Positions 14,469 through 24,360 of a stretch of DNA of 35,184 nucleotides are shown here, piece after piece (position 1 is the stretch's first letter; every line of letters starts with the position of its first letter). Both the position numbers and the translations under genes were made by a program. The notes under the pieces are model-generated. The model saw nothing but the letters and a program-made list of their open reading frames with translations. It was not told where the DNA came from and did no database searches. Location of the stretch: IMG/VR virus record IMGVR_UViG_3300025276_000002. The stretch is one strand, 5' to 3'. This stretch comes from an uncultured virus (IMG/VR IMGVR_UViG_3300025276_000002) (taxonomy: Duplodnaviria > Heunggongvirae > Uroviricota > Caudoviricetes).

Positions 14469-14915
14469 ATGAAACAAGTATACAACTTATTAGAAACAAT
14501 TGAGCAGGATAAAGAAGTAGTTGCAAAACTGAAGAAGCAATTACATCATGCAGAATCTATTTTAGAGGCTCACACAGTAGCTCTGTCACGTTTAACCACA
14601 ATACCTAAGCTATCACAGCCTAAGTTGAAGAAAGTTGATTACAGTCCTGCTGTGGAGGCAAGAGAGCGTATCACGAAAGAGAACTGGAAGCAGCTTAAAA
14701 TGAAAGAAGGTGATAAGGTAGAAATAGTTAACTCTACTGATGAGGAATTCACAAGAGGTGCTTATCTGGTGACTAATTTAGAAGATCATATGTATAGTGA
14801 AACACTGTTTGTAGAGCTGGATGGCATATGGTATGACTATGGAAGATTCAGAAGTGTATATGGAGAAGACGAACTCTATCTTATTCGTACAAAAGAGGGC
14901 TCACTAAATGACTAA
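14469..14915 (+). CDS. hypothetical protein (148 aa)
   Basis: AGGAG RBS. Confidence 0.8.
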   Translation: MKQVYNLLETIEQDKEVVAKLKKQLHHAESILEAHTVALSRLTTIPKLSQPKLKKVDYSPAVEARERITKENWKQLKMKEGDKVEIVNSTDEEFTRGAYLVTNLEDHMYSETLFVELDGIWYDYGRFRSVYGEDELYLIRTKEGSLND

Positions 14916-15135
14916 TCCAAATATTGAACACATCACAGCAAACTCTAGCAATATTAAAACCATCATGTATAATCATGAAATGGAAGAATTGATGATTGAG
15001 TTTAAATATAATGATAAAGTGTATTGCTATGCAAGTGTACCAGTAGATGTAATTGATGAATTGAAAGGTGCTGATTCAATGGGAAGCTTTGTGGCTAAGA
15101 AGATTAAGAATATATATGATTGGGAGGCGGTGTGA
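14908..15135 (+). CDS. KTSC domain protein
   Basis: SSNI..I.Y......L.IEF....VY.Y..VP......L..A.S.G.F....IK..Y pattern. Confidence 0.9.
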   Translation: MTNPNIEHITANSSNIKTIMYNHEMEELMIEFKYNDKVYCYASVPVDVIDELKGADSMGSFVAKKIKNIYDWEAV

Positions 15136-15136
15136 T

Positions 15137-15298
15137 ATGCACCCTTTAAAAGCCCTGTGTGCAACTGTAAGCTTCTTTCTAGCTGCACTGGTACTATGTG
15201 TCATCTTTTTCATTATCGTTGCTGTGTGCTCACTACAGGTAGTCTGTGAAGAGTGCGTAACAAAACTTAGGAGATTGTTTTATGCCAAACTGTCGTGA
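15137..15298 (+). CDS. small membrane protein (53 aa)
   Basis: GGAGG RBS before ATG 15137; long hydrophobic segment. Confidence 0.6.
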   Translation: MHPLKALCATVSFFLAALVLCVIFFIIVAVCSLQVVCEECVTKLRRLFYAKLS

Positions 15299-15512
15299 AT
15301 GTGGAGACTTTGTAAAGTGGGAGAAAACTAATGGAAAGTATCACCTAGCTGATCATGATTGCAAGCCTAAGCCCAAGAAGGTTGATCCTGATTTTGAGAA
15401 AAGACTTGCACTCGTAAAAGGAGTATGCTTTAATGGTCACAACTTAGAAGAAGGACTGCTTGAATATGTATTAGACAAGGGCAGAACTGATAAATTTATA
15501 TTTAATAAGTAG
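15282..15512 (+). CDS. small putative Zn-binding protein
   Basis: CRECG...HDC; AGGAG RBS. Confidence 0.75.
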   Translation: MPNCRECGDFVKWEKTNGKYHLADHDCKPKPKKVDPDFEKRLALVKGVCFNGHNLEEGLLEYVLDKGRTDKFIFNK

Positions 15513-15522
15513 GAGAAATACA

Positions 15523-15600
15523 ATGAGTGCTGTATACTTTACATTAGTCATATGGCTACTAATATTTCTATTATCTTTTAATGAGGAGGAGGAAGATTGA
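15523..15600 (+). CDS. 25-aa TM peptide (MSAVYFTLVIWLLIFLLSFNEEEED)
   Basis: AGGAG RBS; TGATG coupling to the next gene. Confidence 0.55.
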   Translation: MSAVYFTLVIWLLIFLLSFNEEEED

Positions 15601-15800
15601 TGAAGTTTACACTGCCACTAGAAAATGGTAAATATGAAGTACTTTATGATAATGGAAATATAGAGATATTTAGACATGGAGAACTTTGGAAGAATGAGAC
15701 AGGTAATGGCTTTCTGCACGCATTACTGATGTCACACATAGAATTAGAATGTAAACTGTATGAGTTAGTCAAAGAAGGTAACGGAAAAGGAGAAGATTGA
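15600..15800 (+). CDS. hypothetical protein
   Basis: GGAGG RBS. Confidence 0.75.
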   Translation: MKFTLPLENGKYEVLYDNGNIEIFRHGELWKNETGNGFLHALLMSHIELECKLYELVKEGNGKGED

Positions 15801-16201
15801 TGAGTGAAGAATATAAGAAGTTTGGTGAACTGTCTCGTGCTGAACAAGTAGAACTAGTTGAACATGTGCTGGATGGTGGTGAGGTTGAGATATTTTCTAA
15901 CACATCTTGGCATAATACTGAGATGGTAAAAACAGGGGTTCTATATTTCTATGATGAGTATTGCTACCGCAAATTAAAGTCTGAACTAGATTTACTTAAG
16001 GAGCAGCGTGATGAGTTGGATGAGAAGATCAAAAAGTTTGAAGGTGGTATCAGTGTTGGTGATATTGTTATTAATAAACTTGATGCTTCTAAAAAGGAAT
16101 ATAAAGTGATAAAGTACGCTTTTAATGAATATGACTTCATTATTGGTGGAAACATTTATTCCAAGGCTCAGGTAAAAGATCGGTTTATAAAAGTAAAATA
16201 A
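15800..16201 (+). CDS. hypothetical protein
   Basis: AGGAG RBS; TGATG coupling. Confidence 0.8.
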   Translation: MSEEYKKFGELSRAEQVELVEHVLDGGEVEIFSNTSWHNTEMVKTGVLYFYDEYCYRKLKSELDLLKEQRDELDEKIKKFEGGISVGDIVINKLDASKKEYKVIKYAFNEYDFIIGGNIYSKAQVKDRFIKVK

Positions 16202-16221
16202 TAACAACTAAGGAGAACATT

Positions 16222-17283
16222 TTGAGCAAGAAGATTAAATTAACTGAAGAGCAGATTGTTAAGATTGAAGAACACTTACGTAATGGTGGCACAGTTCGTG
16301 GTGCTGCTCGTGAGGTGCTTGGTAAGGAGAGTCGGGAGAGTACTATTCGATATTATATTCGCAAGGGTATTATTGACTTGGGTGAGGAAGAAGGGTGTGT
16401 GGTAAAGGTTACTAAGTCTGTGGTTGTCAAATCTACCTTAAAAAATATATTTGATATTAAAAAGGATGTGTACAATATAGAAACTGTCACAGAGGTAGGA
16501 GAGGATGTCACTCATCTTATGATACCAGATACTCAGTGTAAACCTGATATAGATATGTCATATCTTGAATGGTTAGGTGATTATATTATAGACAAGCGTC
16601 CAGAAGTCATCATCCATATAGGTGATCATGCAGACATGCCTAGTCTATCTTCCTATGACAAAGGTAAAGGCAAAGCAGAGGGCAAACGTGTACAAAAGGA
16701 TATAGAGGCATCTATAGAAGGCATGAACCGTCTTTTACGTCCTTTGAAGGAGTTACAAGATAAGCAGCGAGAGGAAACGGGCAAAGTACAATATAAGCCT
16801 AAGATGCTGATAACACTAGGAAATCACGAAGAACGGATTATGCGTCATGTTAATGATAATCCAGAGCTAGAAGGGTTTCTTAGCTATGACAACTTAAGAT
16901 ACAAAGACATGGGGTGGGAAGTATACGACTTCTTGAAGCCTGTAGTTGTTAACGGTGTGAGTTATTGCCACTTTATGGCAAACCCTATGTCAGGGAAGCC
17001 GTATGGTGGTATGGCTATGAATGTGCTTAAAAATGTAGGAGAGAGTTTCTGCATGGGACACAAGCAAACACTGGATGTGGCAACAAGATTTCTTCCCGCA
17101 TCAGGGACTCAGCAGTGGGCAATAATTGCAGGTGCATACTATGAGCATGATGAGGGGTATAAAGGCTATCAGGGCAACCATCACTGGAGAGGAATTGTTG
17201 TCCAACACAATGTGAAGAATGGCAGCTTCAATCCTATGTTTGTAGATCTTGCCTATCTCAAACGTAGGTATTATAAGAAATAA
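16222..17283 (+). CDS. calcineurin-like metallophosphoesterase with an N-terminal HTH-like domain
   Basis: IPDTQ, GDHAD, LGNHE, H and GH motifs; TTG start after AAGGAG. Confidence 0.88.
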   Translation: MSKKIKLTEEQIVKIEEHLRNGGTVRGAAREVLGKESRESTIRYYIRKGIIDLGEEEGCVVKVTKSVVVKSTLKNIFDIKKDVYNIETVTEVGEDVTHLMIPDTQCKPDIDMSYLEWLGDYIIDKRPEVIIHIGDHADMPSLSSYDKGKGKAEGKRVQKDIEASIEGMNRLLRPLKELQDKQREETGKVQYKPKMLITLGNHEERIMRHVNDNPELEGFLSYDNLRYKDMGWEVYDFLKPVVVNGVSYCHFMANPMSGKPYGGMAMNVLKNVGESFCMGHKQTLDVATRFLPASGTQQWAIIAGAYYEHDEGYKGYQGNHHWRGIVVQHNVKNGSFNPMFVDLAYLKRRYYKK

Positions 17284-17344
17284 GTTCAATATTCCAAGAC
17301 CCTGCTCTTCATGACTAGGGCCTTTATTCAAGAGGAGAGGAAGT

Positions 17345-18178
17345 ATGCAGTGTGAAGACTTAACAGGGAAAGAAGTAAACGGGTTAATGGTTATAAGTAG
17401 GGCAGAAAACAGGAAAGGCAAAATTGCTTGGAATGTATTATGTCCTTGCGGAAGAGAGAAAGAAAAGACTATGATCTCGGCAGAAGTGAATAGATATAAA
17501 GGAAGTTGCTATTGCTATACAAACATAGCGAACACAGAGCAAGAGAGGGTCATTGTAGGTAAATATCTCTACAGTTATAAAAGTAAAAGATACTATGACT
17601 GTGTTTGTAAGAATTGCGGATCTTTCTTAGAACTGAAGGCTACAGATATTTCCCAAGGAAAGAATGTCTGCGGATGTCAGGTAAGAGAAATCTCAGAAGG
17701 GTCTGGAGAACACCTTGTTATTAAGATATTTAATTCCTCAGAAGAAAACTATTTTGAAATCAAAGTAGACAAGACTGATTATTACAAATACGTGTTTCCA
17801 TTTTTCTGGCACAAGACCAATATGGGATATGTTGCAAGCAGGACAGGTGGAGGAAAGATGTCTTTGTTACATAGATTGATTCTCTCACCTAAAGAAGGTG
17901 AAATAGTTGATCATATAAATGGTGATCCATTGGACAATAGAAGAGTTAACCTGAGAATAGCTACTTCAACTGAGAACAATAGAAACACAAGAGTATCTAA
18001 GAATAATAAAACAGGATACATAGGTGTGTGCAGATCAGGTGAGAAGTTCAGAGCAACTATCACGGTAGACTATAAGAGCATACACTTAGGTGAGTTTTGT
18101 ACAATAGAAGAAGCTGTTTCCGCGAGGAAAGATGCAGAAAGATTATATGGTTTCCATATTAATCACGGGAGAGCTTAG
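17345..18178 (+). CDS. HNH homing endonuclease with a C-terminal AP2-like domain
   Basis: LHRLI...VDHINGDPLDNRRVNLR...EN..N; GYIGV...FRATI...HLG.F.TIEEA..ARK. Confidence 0.93.
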   Translation: MQCEDLTGKEVNGLMVISRAENRKGKIAWNVLCPCGREKEKTMISAEVNRYKGSCYCYTNIANTEQERVIVGKYLYSYKSKRYYDCVCKNCGSFLELKATDISQGKNVCGCQVREISEGSGEHLVIKIFNSSEENYFEIKVDKTDYYKYVFPFFWHKTNMGYVASRTGGGKMSLLHRLILSPKEGEIVDHINGDPLDNRRVNLRIATSTENNRNTRVSKNNKTGYIGVCRSGEKFRATITVDYKSIHLGEFCTIEEAVSARKDAERLYGFHINHGRA

Positions 18179-18179
18179 C

Positions 18180-18746
18180 ATGATCTATACAATGATAGGT
18201 AGCAGAAGCACTCCAGTGAGCGCCCAGAAGGTTCTTATTGAATTTGCATACAAAGCTGCCAGTAAAGGTTTCAAAGGCCGCTCAGGTGCAGCCAGAGGCG
18301 CAGATGCTTGTCTTGAAGAGGGTGTTAAAAGGTTCATAAGAGAGGCTGGATCACCTCGCACTTTGGTAGAGGACTTGCAAGAGGTATATATACCTTGGCA
18401 GGGTTTTAGTGGTAAGAACAAGAATAGGTATGGCATACTCTGTGTTGAGGACTTTGATAATAGAGAAGATGGATTAGCTCTAGCAGAAAGCCTTCACCCT
18501 GCTTGGGACAAGTGTTCTGATGCAGCTAAATTGTTGCATGGTAGAAATCCTTATCAAATCTTAGGAAAGGATCTTAATTCCCCTAGTGATTTTGTAGTTC
18601 TCTGGGGAGTTCCTGAAAGTAATCAAAATCCACTGGTGAAGGGTGGCACTAGGACAGCAATGAAGCTTGCACTGGATAATGATATACCTGTGTACAATAC
18701 AAATACAGTTGAGGGCTTGAATAGAATACTTAACTTCTTTAACTAA
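18180..18746 (+). CDS. SLOG-superfamily (DprA/Smf-like Rossmann fold) protein
   Basis: IGSRSTP, RSGAARGAD, HGRN..QILG, GGT.TA..LA....IPVYN motifs. Confidence 0.8.
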   Translation: MIYTMIGSRSTPVSAQKVLIEFAYKAASKGFKGRSGAARGADACLEEGVKRFIREAGSPRTLVEDLQEVYIPWQGFSGKNKNRYGILCVEDFDNREDGLALAESLHPAWDKCSDAAKLLHGRNPYQILGKDLNSPSDFVVLWGVPESNQNPLVKGGTRTAMKLALDNDIPVYNTNTVEGLNRILNFFN

Positions 18747-18751
18747 TACTT

Positions 18752-18783
18752 CAAGGCACAGCAAGCCCCCCTCTGTGCCTTTT
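18752..18783 (+). terminator. Rho-independent terminator
   Basis: AAGGCACAG...CTGTGCCTT followed by TTT. Confidence 0.75.
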
Positions 18784-18864
18784 CACAATCCACTATGAAA
18801 ACTTTCCAATAATCTGCCATTTCCAACTATTTTCACAATATCCTGTGAATTATCAAATTAACTA

Positions 18865-18894
18865 TTGACACCATAATCTTCTTATATTAATATT
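18865..18894 (+). promoter_or_regulatory. sigma70-like promoter TTGACA-N17-TAATAT
   Basis: Intergenic, upstream of 18941. Confidence 0.65.
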
Positions 18895-18940
18895 CTCATA
18901 TCGGCAGGAAATACTGTCACTACTAGATAGGAGAACAACT

Positions 18941-19411
18941 ATGACCACAACTAACAACGATTCACAACTACGTACATTTAAACTTATTGACAAAGAAGGC
19001 TATCTCAGTAGCCATGCCTGTAACAGTTCAATCCTAGAGGATGTAGGTTGTGAATTCTTCATTGGAGAGATCAATCATAATGGTATGCTAATAAACGAGA
19101 ATATCTCAGACCTAGGACTTATCTCTCCTTATGAATTCAAATTCTTCAAAGAGGTTACAAATGAATCTCCCTCTGAGAGTTCCGCAGCCTTACCAGAACA
19201 GTCTGAATCACAATTGCCATACCAACACCTTATTGATGATTGTAAAACTGTTGACGGCTCTCTGTGCATCCATAAAGAGGGTGTAGTCTTCCTTTGGGAA
19301 GATTCAGAATATGTAATCAATTCTCCTGAGGATTATGATAATTTAATTAATTCAATAAAAGTGTTGCAATCTCTGCAAAAGGTGTATACTATCGAATCAT
19401 TAACTAACTAG
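18941..19411 (+). CDS. acidic hypothetical protein (156 aa)
   Basis: AGGAG RBS. Confidence 0.8.
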   Translation: MTTTNNDSQLRTFKLIDKEGYLSSHACNSSILEDVGCEFFIGEINHNGMLINENISDLGLISPYEFKFFKEVTNESPSESSAALPEQSESQLPYQHLIDDCKTVDGSLCIHKEGVVFLWEDSEYVINSPEDYDNLINSIKVLQSLQKVYTIESLTN

Positions 19412-19422
19412 GAGAATAAACA

Positions 19423-19773
19423 ATGATTAAATCAATTATATTGACAGCAGCACTTTTAGCATCTACACATGCCTTAGCAATCTCAGAGGATACTAAAGAA
19501 AAGATTCACAAGCTATGTATTATGGAAGCACGTTTCGCTGAGAGAGCCGCAATCTTACGTCACAAGACAAATGACATGGGACATGAAGCTGTTACAGATA
19601 TTCTTCGTAAAGCTCCTATCATTCGTCCTATGTTATTAGCATCTTTTCGAACAAAGCGTGTTGAGTCTTCATTCTTCAACAATGATCAAGAAGACGCAAT
19701 CAAATCATTTAAGAATGCATGGTACAACGTATGTGTTGTGGATTGGACTAAAGAGATGAAAGGAGCTAAATGA
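19423..19773 (+). CDS. secreted/periplasmic hypothetical protein
   Basis: Signal peptide MIKSIILTAALLASTHALA; two Cys. Confidence 0.8.
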   Translation: MIKSIILTAALLASTHALAISEDTKEKIHKLCIMEARFAERAAILRHKTNDMGHEAVTDILRKAPIIRPMLLASFRTKRVESSFFNNDQEDAIKSFKNAWYNVCVVDWTKEMKGAK

Positions 19774-19774
19774 T

Positions 19775-20572
19775 ATGACAGATATTCCTAAATATATCGT
19801 GGATCAGTATGAGAACAAGAAAGCCTCTTGTATCCCACGAGCTATTAGTTTCGACTTCACATTAGAAGAGTATTACCGATTCTACAAGCTCAAAGAGTCT
19901 GTAAACTGTTTCTATTCTAATAAGCAGTTTGAGTATGATGCACCAAAGAAAGGGCAACTGTGGGACAACCGACCCACCATTGAGCGTCTAGATGACTCTA
20001 AAGGTTATTCACTCAGTAACTGCGTTTGGACCAATAGCACAGCGAACATGCTCAAGAATAACTATTTCCAGTTAGGTCACAACATTGAAGATGCAGACCT
20101 TGCTTACCGTTCTGTGATTGCTCGAATAGGTAAATTGTTGTCCAACACAGAGGCTCTCAGAGAGGCTCAGAAGCCGTATCTTTCTTTAGGTGATACATTG
20201 CACCAAGAGAACATGAAAGCAGCTCAGGCTCACAGAGAATTGCAGGAAAAGCTAGAGGAAGTATATCTTGCTGAAATGTATTCTAAGTTTGGTAAGCAAC
20301 TTCTTGTAGACTTAAAAGTAAACATGGAGTTGACATTCTCAGAATTTAAACGTACCCTTACTCGTAAGAAGTGTGAAGTAACTAAACGACCACTTCCTGA
20401 AGATGTAAGAGAACGTGCATTATGGATTAAAGATAAGACGGCTAAGGTTGATTTGAGTAATCTTATTTGCACTACAGTTATCATGTCAGAAGCTTTAGAT
20501 ACTTTCTCGGTGAAAGCTGATTTGAGTTATGATATGATGTGTCAATTATTTAAGAAAATTGAGGAGAAGTGA
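19775..20572 (+). CDS. Srd-like / His-Me-finger-like protein with a tandem degenerate domain
   Basis: R.I.F.FTLEE...C.YS...TIER.D.SKGY...N.V...N..K; echoed by LTFSEF...CEVT...D......SNL. Confidence 0.6.
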   Translation: MTDIPKYIVDQYENKKASCIPRAISFDFTLEEYYRFYKLKESVNCFYSNKQFEYDAPKKGQLWDNRPTIERLDDSKGYSLSNCVWTNSTANMLKNNYFQLGHNIEDADLAYRSVIARIGKLLSNTEALREAQKPYLSLGDTLHQENMKAAQAHRELQEKLEEVYLAEMYSKFGKQLLVDLKVNMELTFSEFKRTLTRKKCEVTKRPLPEDVRERALWIKDKTAKVDLSNLICTTVIMSEALDTFSVKADLSYDMMCQLFKKIEEK

Positions 20573-20573
20573 A

Positions 20574-20756
20574 ATGTTAGATGATATTATAATTTATAAA
20601 GGATATGTCATTGAAGTGTCTCAAGGGAGTGAGAACTTCTACGGTGATATTTTTCATGATGGTGACTTAAAGCATTCAGTAGGGGATCCTTCCAAAGGAG
20701 GATGTGTGTCGGAATGTGTAAGTTATATCAATTATCTTATTTCAGAGGAGAAGTGA
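20574..20756 (+). CDS. hypothetical protein (60 aa)
   Basis: GAGGAG RBS before ATG 20574. Confidence 0.7.
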   Translation: MLDDIIIYKGYVIEVSQGSENFYGDIFHDGDLKHSVGDPSKGGCVSECVSYINYLISEEK

Positions 20757-20757
20757 T

Positions 20758-21597
20758 TTGAAAAGTTATGAAGAGCAGTATTTGGATCTTGGTGAGAAGA
20801 TCTTAAAAGAAGGGACACCCATTTTAAACAAAAGAACAGGAGAAACTTGCATTACAATCCCAGAACACACGTTTTATTATGATGTAGGCAACAATCCTCC
20901 TCCTTTGTTAACCACCAAGCAATCTTTTCCAGTAAGTGCTTGGGCTGAGATGCTGGGATATTTAAGAAGATATGAGTGGGCAGATCAGTTTGATAATATT
21001 GGGTCTAAGACTTGGTATGGGAATGCCAATGAGACAGAGGCTTGGCTTAACAATCCACATCGTCTTGGTGAAAACCATTTAGGTGCTGTTTACGGAGCAG
21101 GTCTTCATCCTAGTGAACTTCCTGAATTATTTAATAAACTAAATAACCACTGTGACGATCGTGGACTTGTTATTGACTTTTGGAAACCTGAATTGTTTAG
21201 CAAAGCGGCACTAAGATCTTGTATGTATCGTCACACATTTACAATTATAGGCGACACACTTCATCTGGAGAGTAATCAACGCTCCGTCGATTATGGATGT
21301 GGTCTTAATTTTAATAGTCTACAGTGTTATTTATTACTTAAGTTTTTCTCTCATATCACAGGTCTTAAAGCTGGGAAGGTTAAACATAATATGGTGAATG
21401 TTCATATCTATGGTTCACATGTAGCGGCTGTGAGAGAACAACTATCTAGATTGCCTGATAAAGTAATAGCTAATATAGAAATCTCTGATTGGGTTAAAAC
21501 CTTTGATGATCTTTTACTACCTAATCATGCAAGAGACTACTTTACAATCTCTAACTATAAGCATCAGGGCAAGATCTTGTTTGAGATGGTGGCATGA
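20758..21597 (+). CDS. thyA: thymidylate synthase (Vibrio/Haemophilus-type ThyA)
   Basis: RTG, PLLTTK, W..NANE..AWLNNP, LRSC (catalytic Cys), QRS.D...GL.FN, H.Y..H. Confidence 0.96.
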   Translation: MKSYEEQYLDLGEKILKEGTPILNKRTGETCITIPEHTFYYDVGNNPPPLLTTKQSFPVSAWAEMLGYLRRYEWADQFDNIGSKTWYGNANETEAWLNNPHRLGENHLGAVYGAGLHPSELPELFNKLNNHCDDRGLVIDFWKPELFSKAALRSCMYRHTFTIIGDTLHLESNQRSVDYGCGLNFNSLQCYLLLKFFSHITGLKAGKVKHNMVNVHIYGSHVAAVREQLSRLPDKVIANIEISDWVKTFDDLLLPNHARDYFTISNYKHQGKILFEMVA

Positions 21598-22353
21598 TGG
21601 TAGGTTACACTTACAAAATAATTAACAAAAGAACAGGTAGGGGATATGTAGGATCAACAACAAATGTTGATAAAAGATGGTCAGAGCATAAATACTATCT
21701 GAAAATGAATACCCATCATAACATGAATCTTCAAGCAGACTACAACAATTGTTGTGAAGCAGATTTTGAGATACAAGTAACATATAGTGGTCCTTTATAC
21801 AAAGAGCATGAGCAAATGGTACTAGACCATGCTACAGAGGGGACTCTTTACAATATAGGGAGATCCGCAGTAGGTGGTGATAATTTTACAAACCACCCAC
21901 TCAAAGAGGAGATTAAAACAAGAATATCAGACACTATGAAAAGATTACACAGTTTAGAGGGAGAAGAGGATCCTTGGAGAAATGTTGATTTTAGGGGAAG
22001 TTATAACCCTAACTGGAAAGGTGGTATTGCTACAGATTACAATCTGATATGGGACAAATGCGAATGTGGTGAGGATAAGAAGAAAACATCTTCTTTATGC
22101 TTCAACTGCCATGTAAGTAGCAGGCAGGGAGAGAGGAACGCTTTCTTTGGAAAATCTCATTCAGAGGAGACTAAAGAAAAATTGAGGAGAGCTCATACGG
22201 GGAAGGAGAACAAGAGCTGTTGGGTAGGTGTCTCGATTGAAGGTAAAGTATTCAAGAACATGGTAGAAGTTGCCAAAATATTACCAAGTTTCAAAAGGGA
22301 CTGTGACACATAGGTGTAAATCTAAAAATTTCCCAGATTGGAAATACCTATAA
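21594..22353 (+). CDS. free-standing GIY-YIG homing endonuclease with NUMOD3-like repeats; C-terminus frameshifted (track ORF ends 22313)
   Basis: YTY.I......YVGST..V.KRW.EH; FFGKSHSEETKEKL; +1-frame tail YYQVSKGTVTHRCKSKNFPDWKYL. Confidence 0.9.
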
Positions 22354-22372
22354 ATTAATTCCAAATAAGGTG

Positions 22373-22401
22373 TTGACAACCTCATCACCTTCCCTCATAA
22401 T
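22373..22401 (+). promoter_or_regulatory. promoter TTGACA-N17-CATAAT
   Basis: Near-consensus, intergenic. Confidence 0.75.
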
Positions 22402-22436
22402 CACCTCACCAACAACGAACAAAGAGTAATTTAACT

Positions 22437-23015
22437 ATGTATCAATCAAAATATGATCTCGAAACTTTTAACTTAGAGTTTAACAAAAGATGTAATATCC
22501 TCTCTAAGGCTACATCAACAAGTGGGAGTGACTGCTCTGTTAAAATCAGCATCACAGCGTCTTCTAAGAGACTTGAAGGTGAACTTTGTACCATATGTAT
22601 CTCTGCCTTGCGACTTACATCAGGAGAAAAGGTTACACTGTCTCTACTTCTTTCTTCTGAGAATGGGTATGATAATCCTGTGAAATCTAACTTGTTCGGA
22701 GAAAGATTAGGAACTGTAGATTTAAAAGCAATACTTCCACTTCTTCCAGAGGTATACACAGATAAGATTACAGCTAAAACATACTTAGCTAGAAATCCAG
22801 AGATGCTTGTTAGTCTTCTTTCAAATACGCTAAACACACAATTGTCTATCATTCAAAAGCAAGACAAAGTGATTTCTGATTTAGACTGGTGGGTATCTGC
22901 GATGTATAAAGAGTCGGGAGTGAAGATTAAGAAAACGTTTAACAATGTACTTGCACATATTTCAAATTCAGGTATGATGTCTGAATTGAAGAAGACTTTA
23001 AAAGGAGAAGAATAA
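22437..23015 (+). CDS. hypothetical protein (192 aa)
   Basis: Long ORF; TAATG coupling downstream. Confidence 0.75.
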   Translation: MYQSKYDLETFNLEFNKRCNILSKATSTSGSDCSVKISITASSKRLEGELCTICISALRLTSGEKVTLSLLLSSENGYDNPVKSNLFGERLGTVDLKAILPLLPEVYTDKITAKTYLARNPEMLVSLLSNTLNTQLSIIQKQDKVISDLDWWVSAMYKESGVKIKKTFNNVLAHISNSGMMSELKKTLKGEE

Positions 23016-23302
23016 TGAAACCAACTATTACACCTAATGATTTTGTGCAAATGCAGAAAACAACTAAGACACTAATTGAATGTGTTTTCCAACGTGAAGA
23101 CTCTTTCAAGAAACTTTTATCAAGAAAACGTACACTTATTTTTGACTATGAAATTACCCAAGTACACTTTTCAGGACACGTGGCTAAAGTTGTAATTACA
23201 CTTGACGAAGATGCTTCTGATCTGGTACTTTACTTGAATTTGGATGACATTTATAATTGGTATTGTGAAGAATTTGAAAAGATCAAAAAGGAGAATAAAT
23301 AA
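23015..23302 (+). CDS. hypothetical protein (95 aa)
   Basis: AGGAG RBS. Confidence 0.8.
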   Translation: MKPTITPNDFVQMQKTTKTLIECVFQREDSFKKLLSRKRTLIFDYEITQVHFSGHVAKVVITLDEDASDLVLYLNLDDIYNWYCEEFEKIKKENK

Positions 23303-23799
23303 TGCCATTATCTATGATATTAGCAACAGGCTTAAATGGAGAATTAGGCCAGAACAATCAGCTACTGATGCACATCCCTGAGGACTTGAAGCACTTCAAG
23401 AAGGTGACAGATGGTAAGGTGGTTGTGATGGGCTCAAAGACAGCAGCCAGTTTACCAAATGGAAAACCATTGCCTAATCGGGTGAATATTATAATGACTC
23501 GCCAACCTTATGAAAATGGTTGTGAAGGCTTCTTACGATGTAATGATTATAAAAAGATTCTCAAGATTGCCGAGACAGAAGATGTATTTATTATTGGTGG
23601 AGCTGAGATCTATAAGTTGTTTGAGGAGTATGTGGAGACGGTATATTGGACATATATTTATAAGATCTTTCCAGAGGCAGACACTTATTATAAAGGAACT
23701 TTCCTTTTCAAAAATGAATGGTCACATCATCAAACAAATTATACAGGATTTGAAATACACAAATATTTAAGACTTAAGAAGGAGAATAACAATGTTTAA
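23302..23799 (+). CDS. folA: dihydrofolate reductase
   Basis: A...NG.LG..N.L...PEDLKHFK..T...VVMG.KT..SL...PLPNR.NI; IIGGAEIY; ADTY. Confidence 0.95.
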   Translation: MPLSMILATGLNGELGQNNQLLMHIPEDLKHFKKVTDGKVVVMGSKTAASLPNGKPLPNRVNIIMTRQPYENGCEGFLRCNDYKKILKIAETEDVFIIGGAEIYKLFEEYVETVYWTYIYKIFPEADTYYKGTFLFKNEWSHHQTNYTGFEIHKYLRLKKENNNV

Positions 23800-24346
23800 A
23801 TTAATCACAATCAGCGGCACAGAGTATGATGTAGAATCACCATCATCACAATCATTACTTAACATACTGAATCAGAAGACTTTGGTACTAGACATAGATG
23901 GCTGTGTGAGACAGGCTAAAGACCGTCTGCACCTTATCCCAACAGAAGAAGAGCGCATCAAGTGTTTCTCAGAAGGGAATGCAAATGCAGCTTGGACAAA
24001 GTTTAATGATGCATCAGATACAGACACACCTCTCTGGGGCAATATAAGCGTAGCTAACAAGTTCTATGGTGATCATGCTGTAATGGTATTAACTTCTTGT
24101 ACATACTCTCAGAAAGCCGCTGAGATACTTAAAAAGCAGCTTAAAGAATGGGGAGTGAAGTTTGATATGATATTTATGCGTCATTCTGATAACCACCTTG
24201 AGCCTGTAAATATGAAAGAAGGTTTCATAAAAAGCTTGACTGAGATTGTAGAACCAAGTAACATTGTCTGCATAGATGATTGTGAGAAGAACAATACAAT
24301 GTTCAGAAGTCACGGTTGTACAGCAATTAAAGTTTATTATAATTAA
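23792..24346 (+). CDS. HAD-superfamily phosphatase (polynucleotide 3'-phosphatase-like)
   Basis: DIDG motif I, LTS, MR, K and IDD motifs. Confidence 0.85.
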   Translation: MFKLITISGTEYDVESPSSQSLLNILNQKTLVLDIDGCVRQAKDRLHLIPTEEERIKCFSEGNANAAWTKFNDASDTDTPLWGNISVANKFYGDHAVMVLTSCTYSQKAAEILKKQLKEWGVKFDMIFMRHSDNHLEPVNMKEGFIKSLTEIVEPSNIVCIDDCEKNNTMFRSHGCTAIKVYYN

Positions 24347-24360
24347 GGAGATTGTTAAAC

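Noticed and set aside
18781..18850. TTTCACAAT / TTTCCAA short repeats as DnaA boxes
   Set aside because: They do not match TTATCCACA well; more likely an operator or chance AT-rich similarity.
20758..22353. Group I intron in thyA with an intron-encoded GIY-YIG, or a dCMP hydroxymethylase
   Set aside because: ThyA is continuous through to its C-terminal MVA and the endonuclease is ATGA-coupled downstream; the dUMP-specifying Asn (GLNFN) is retained.
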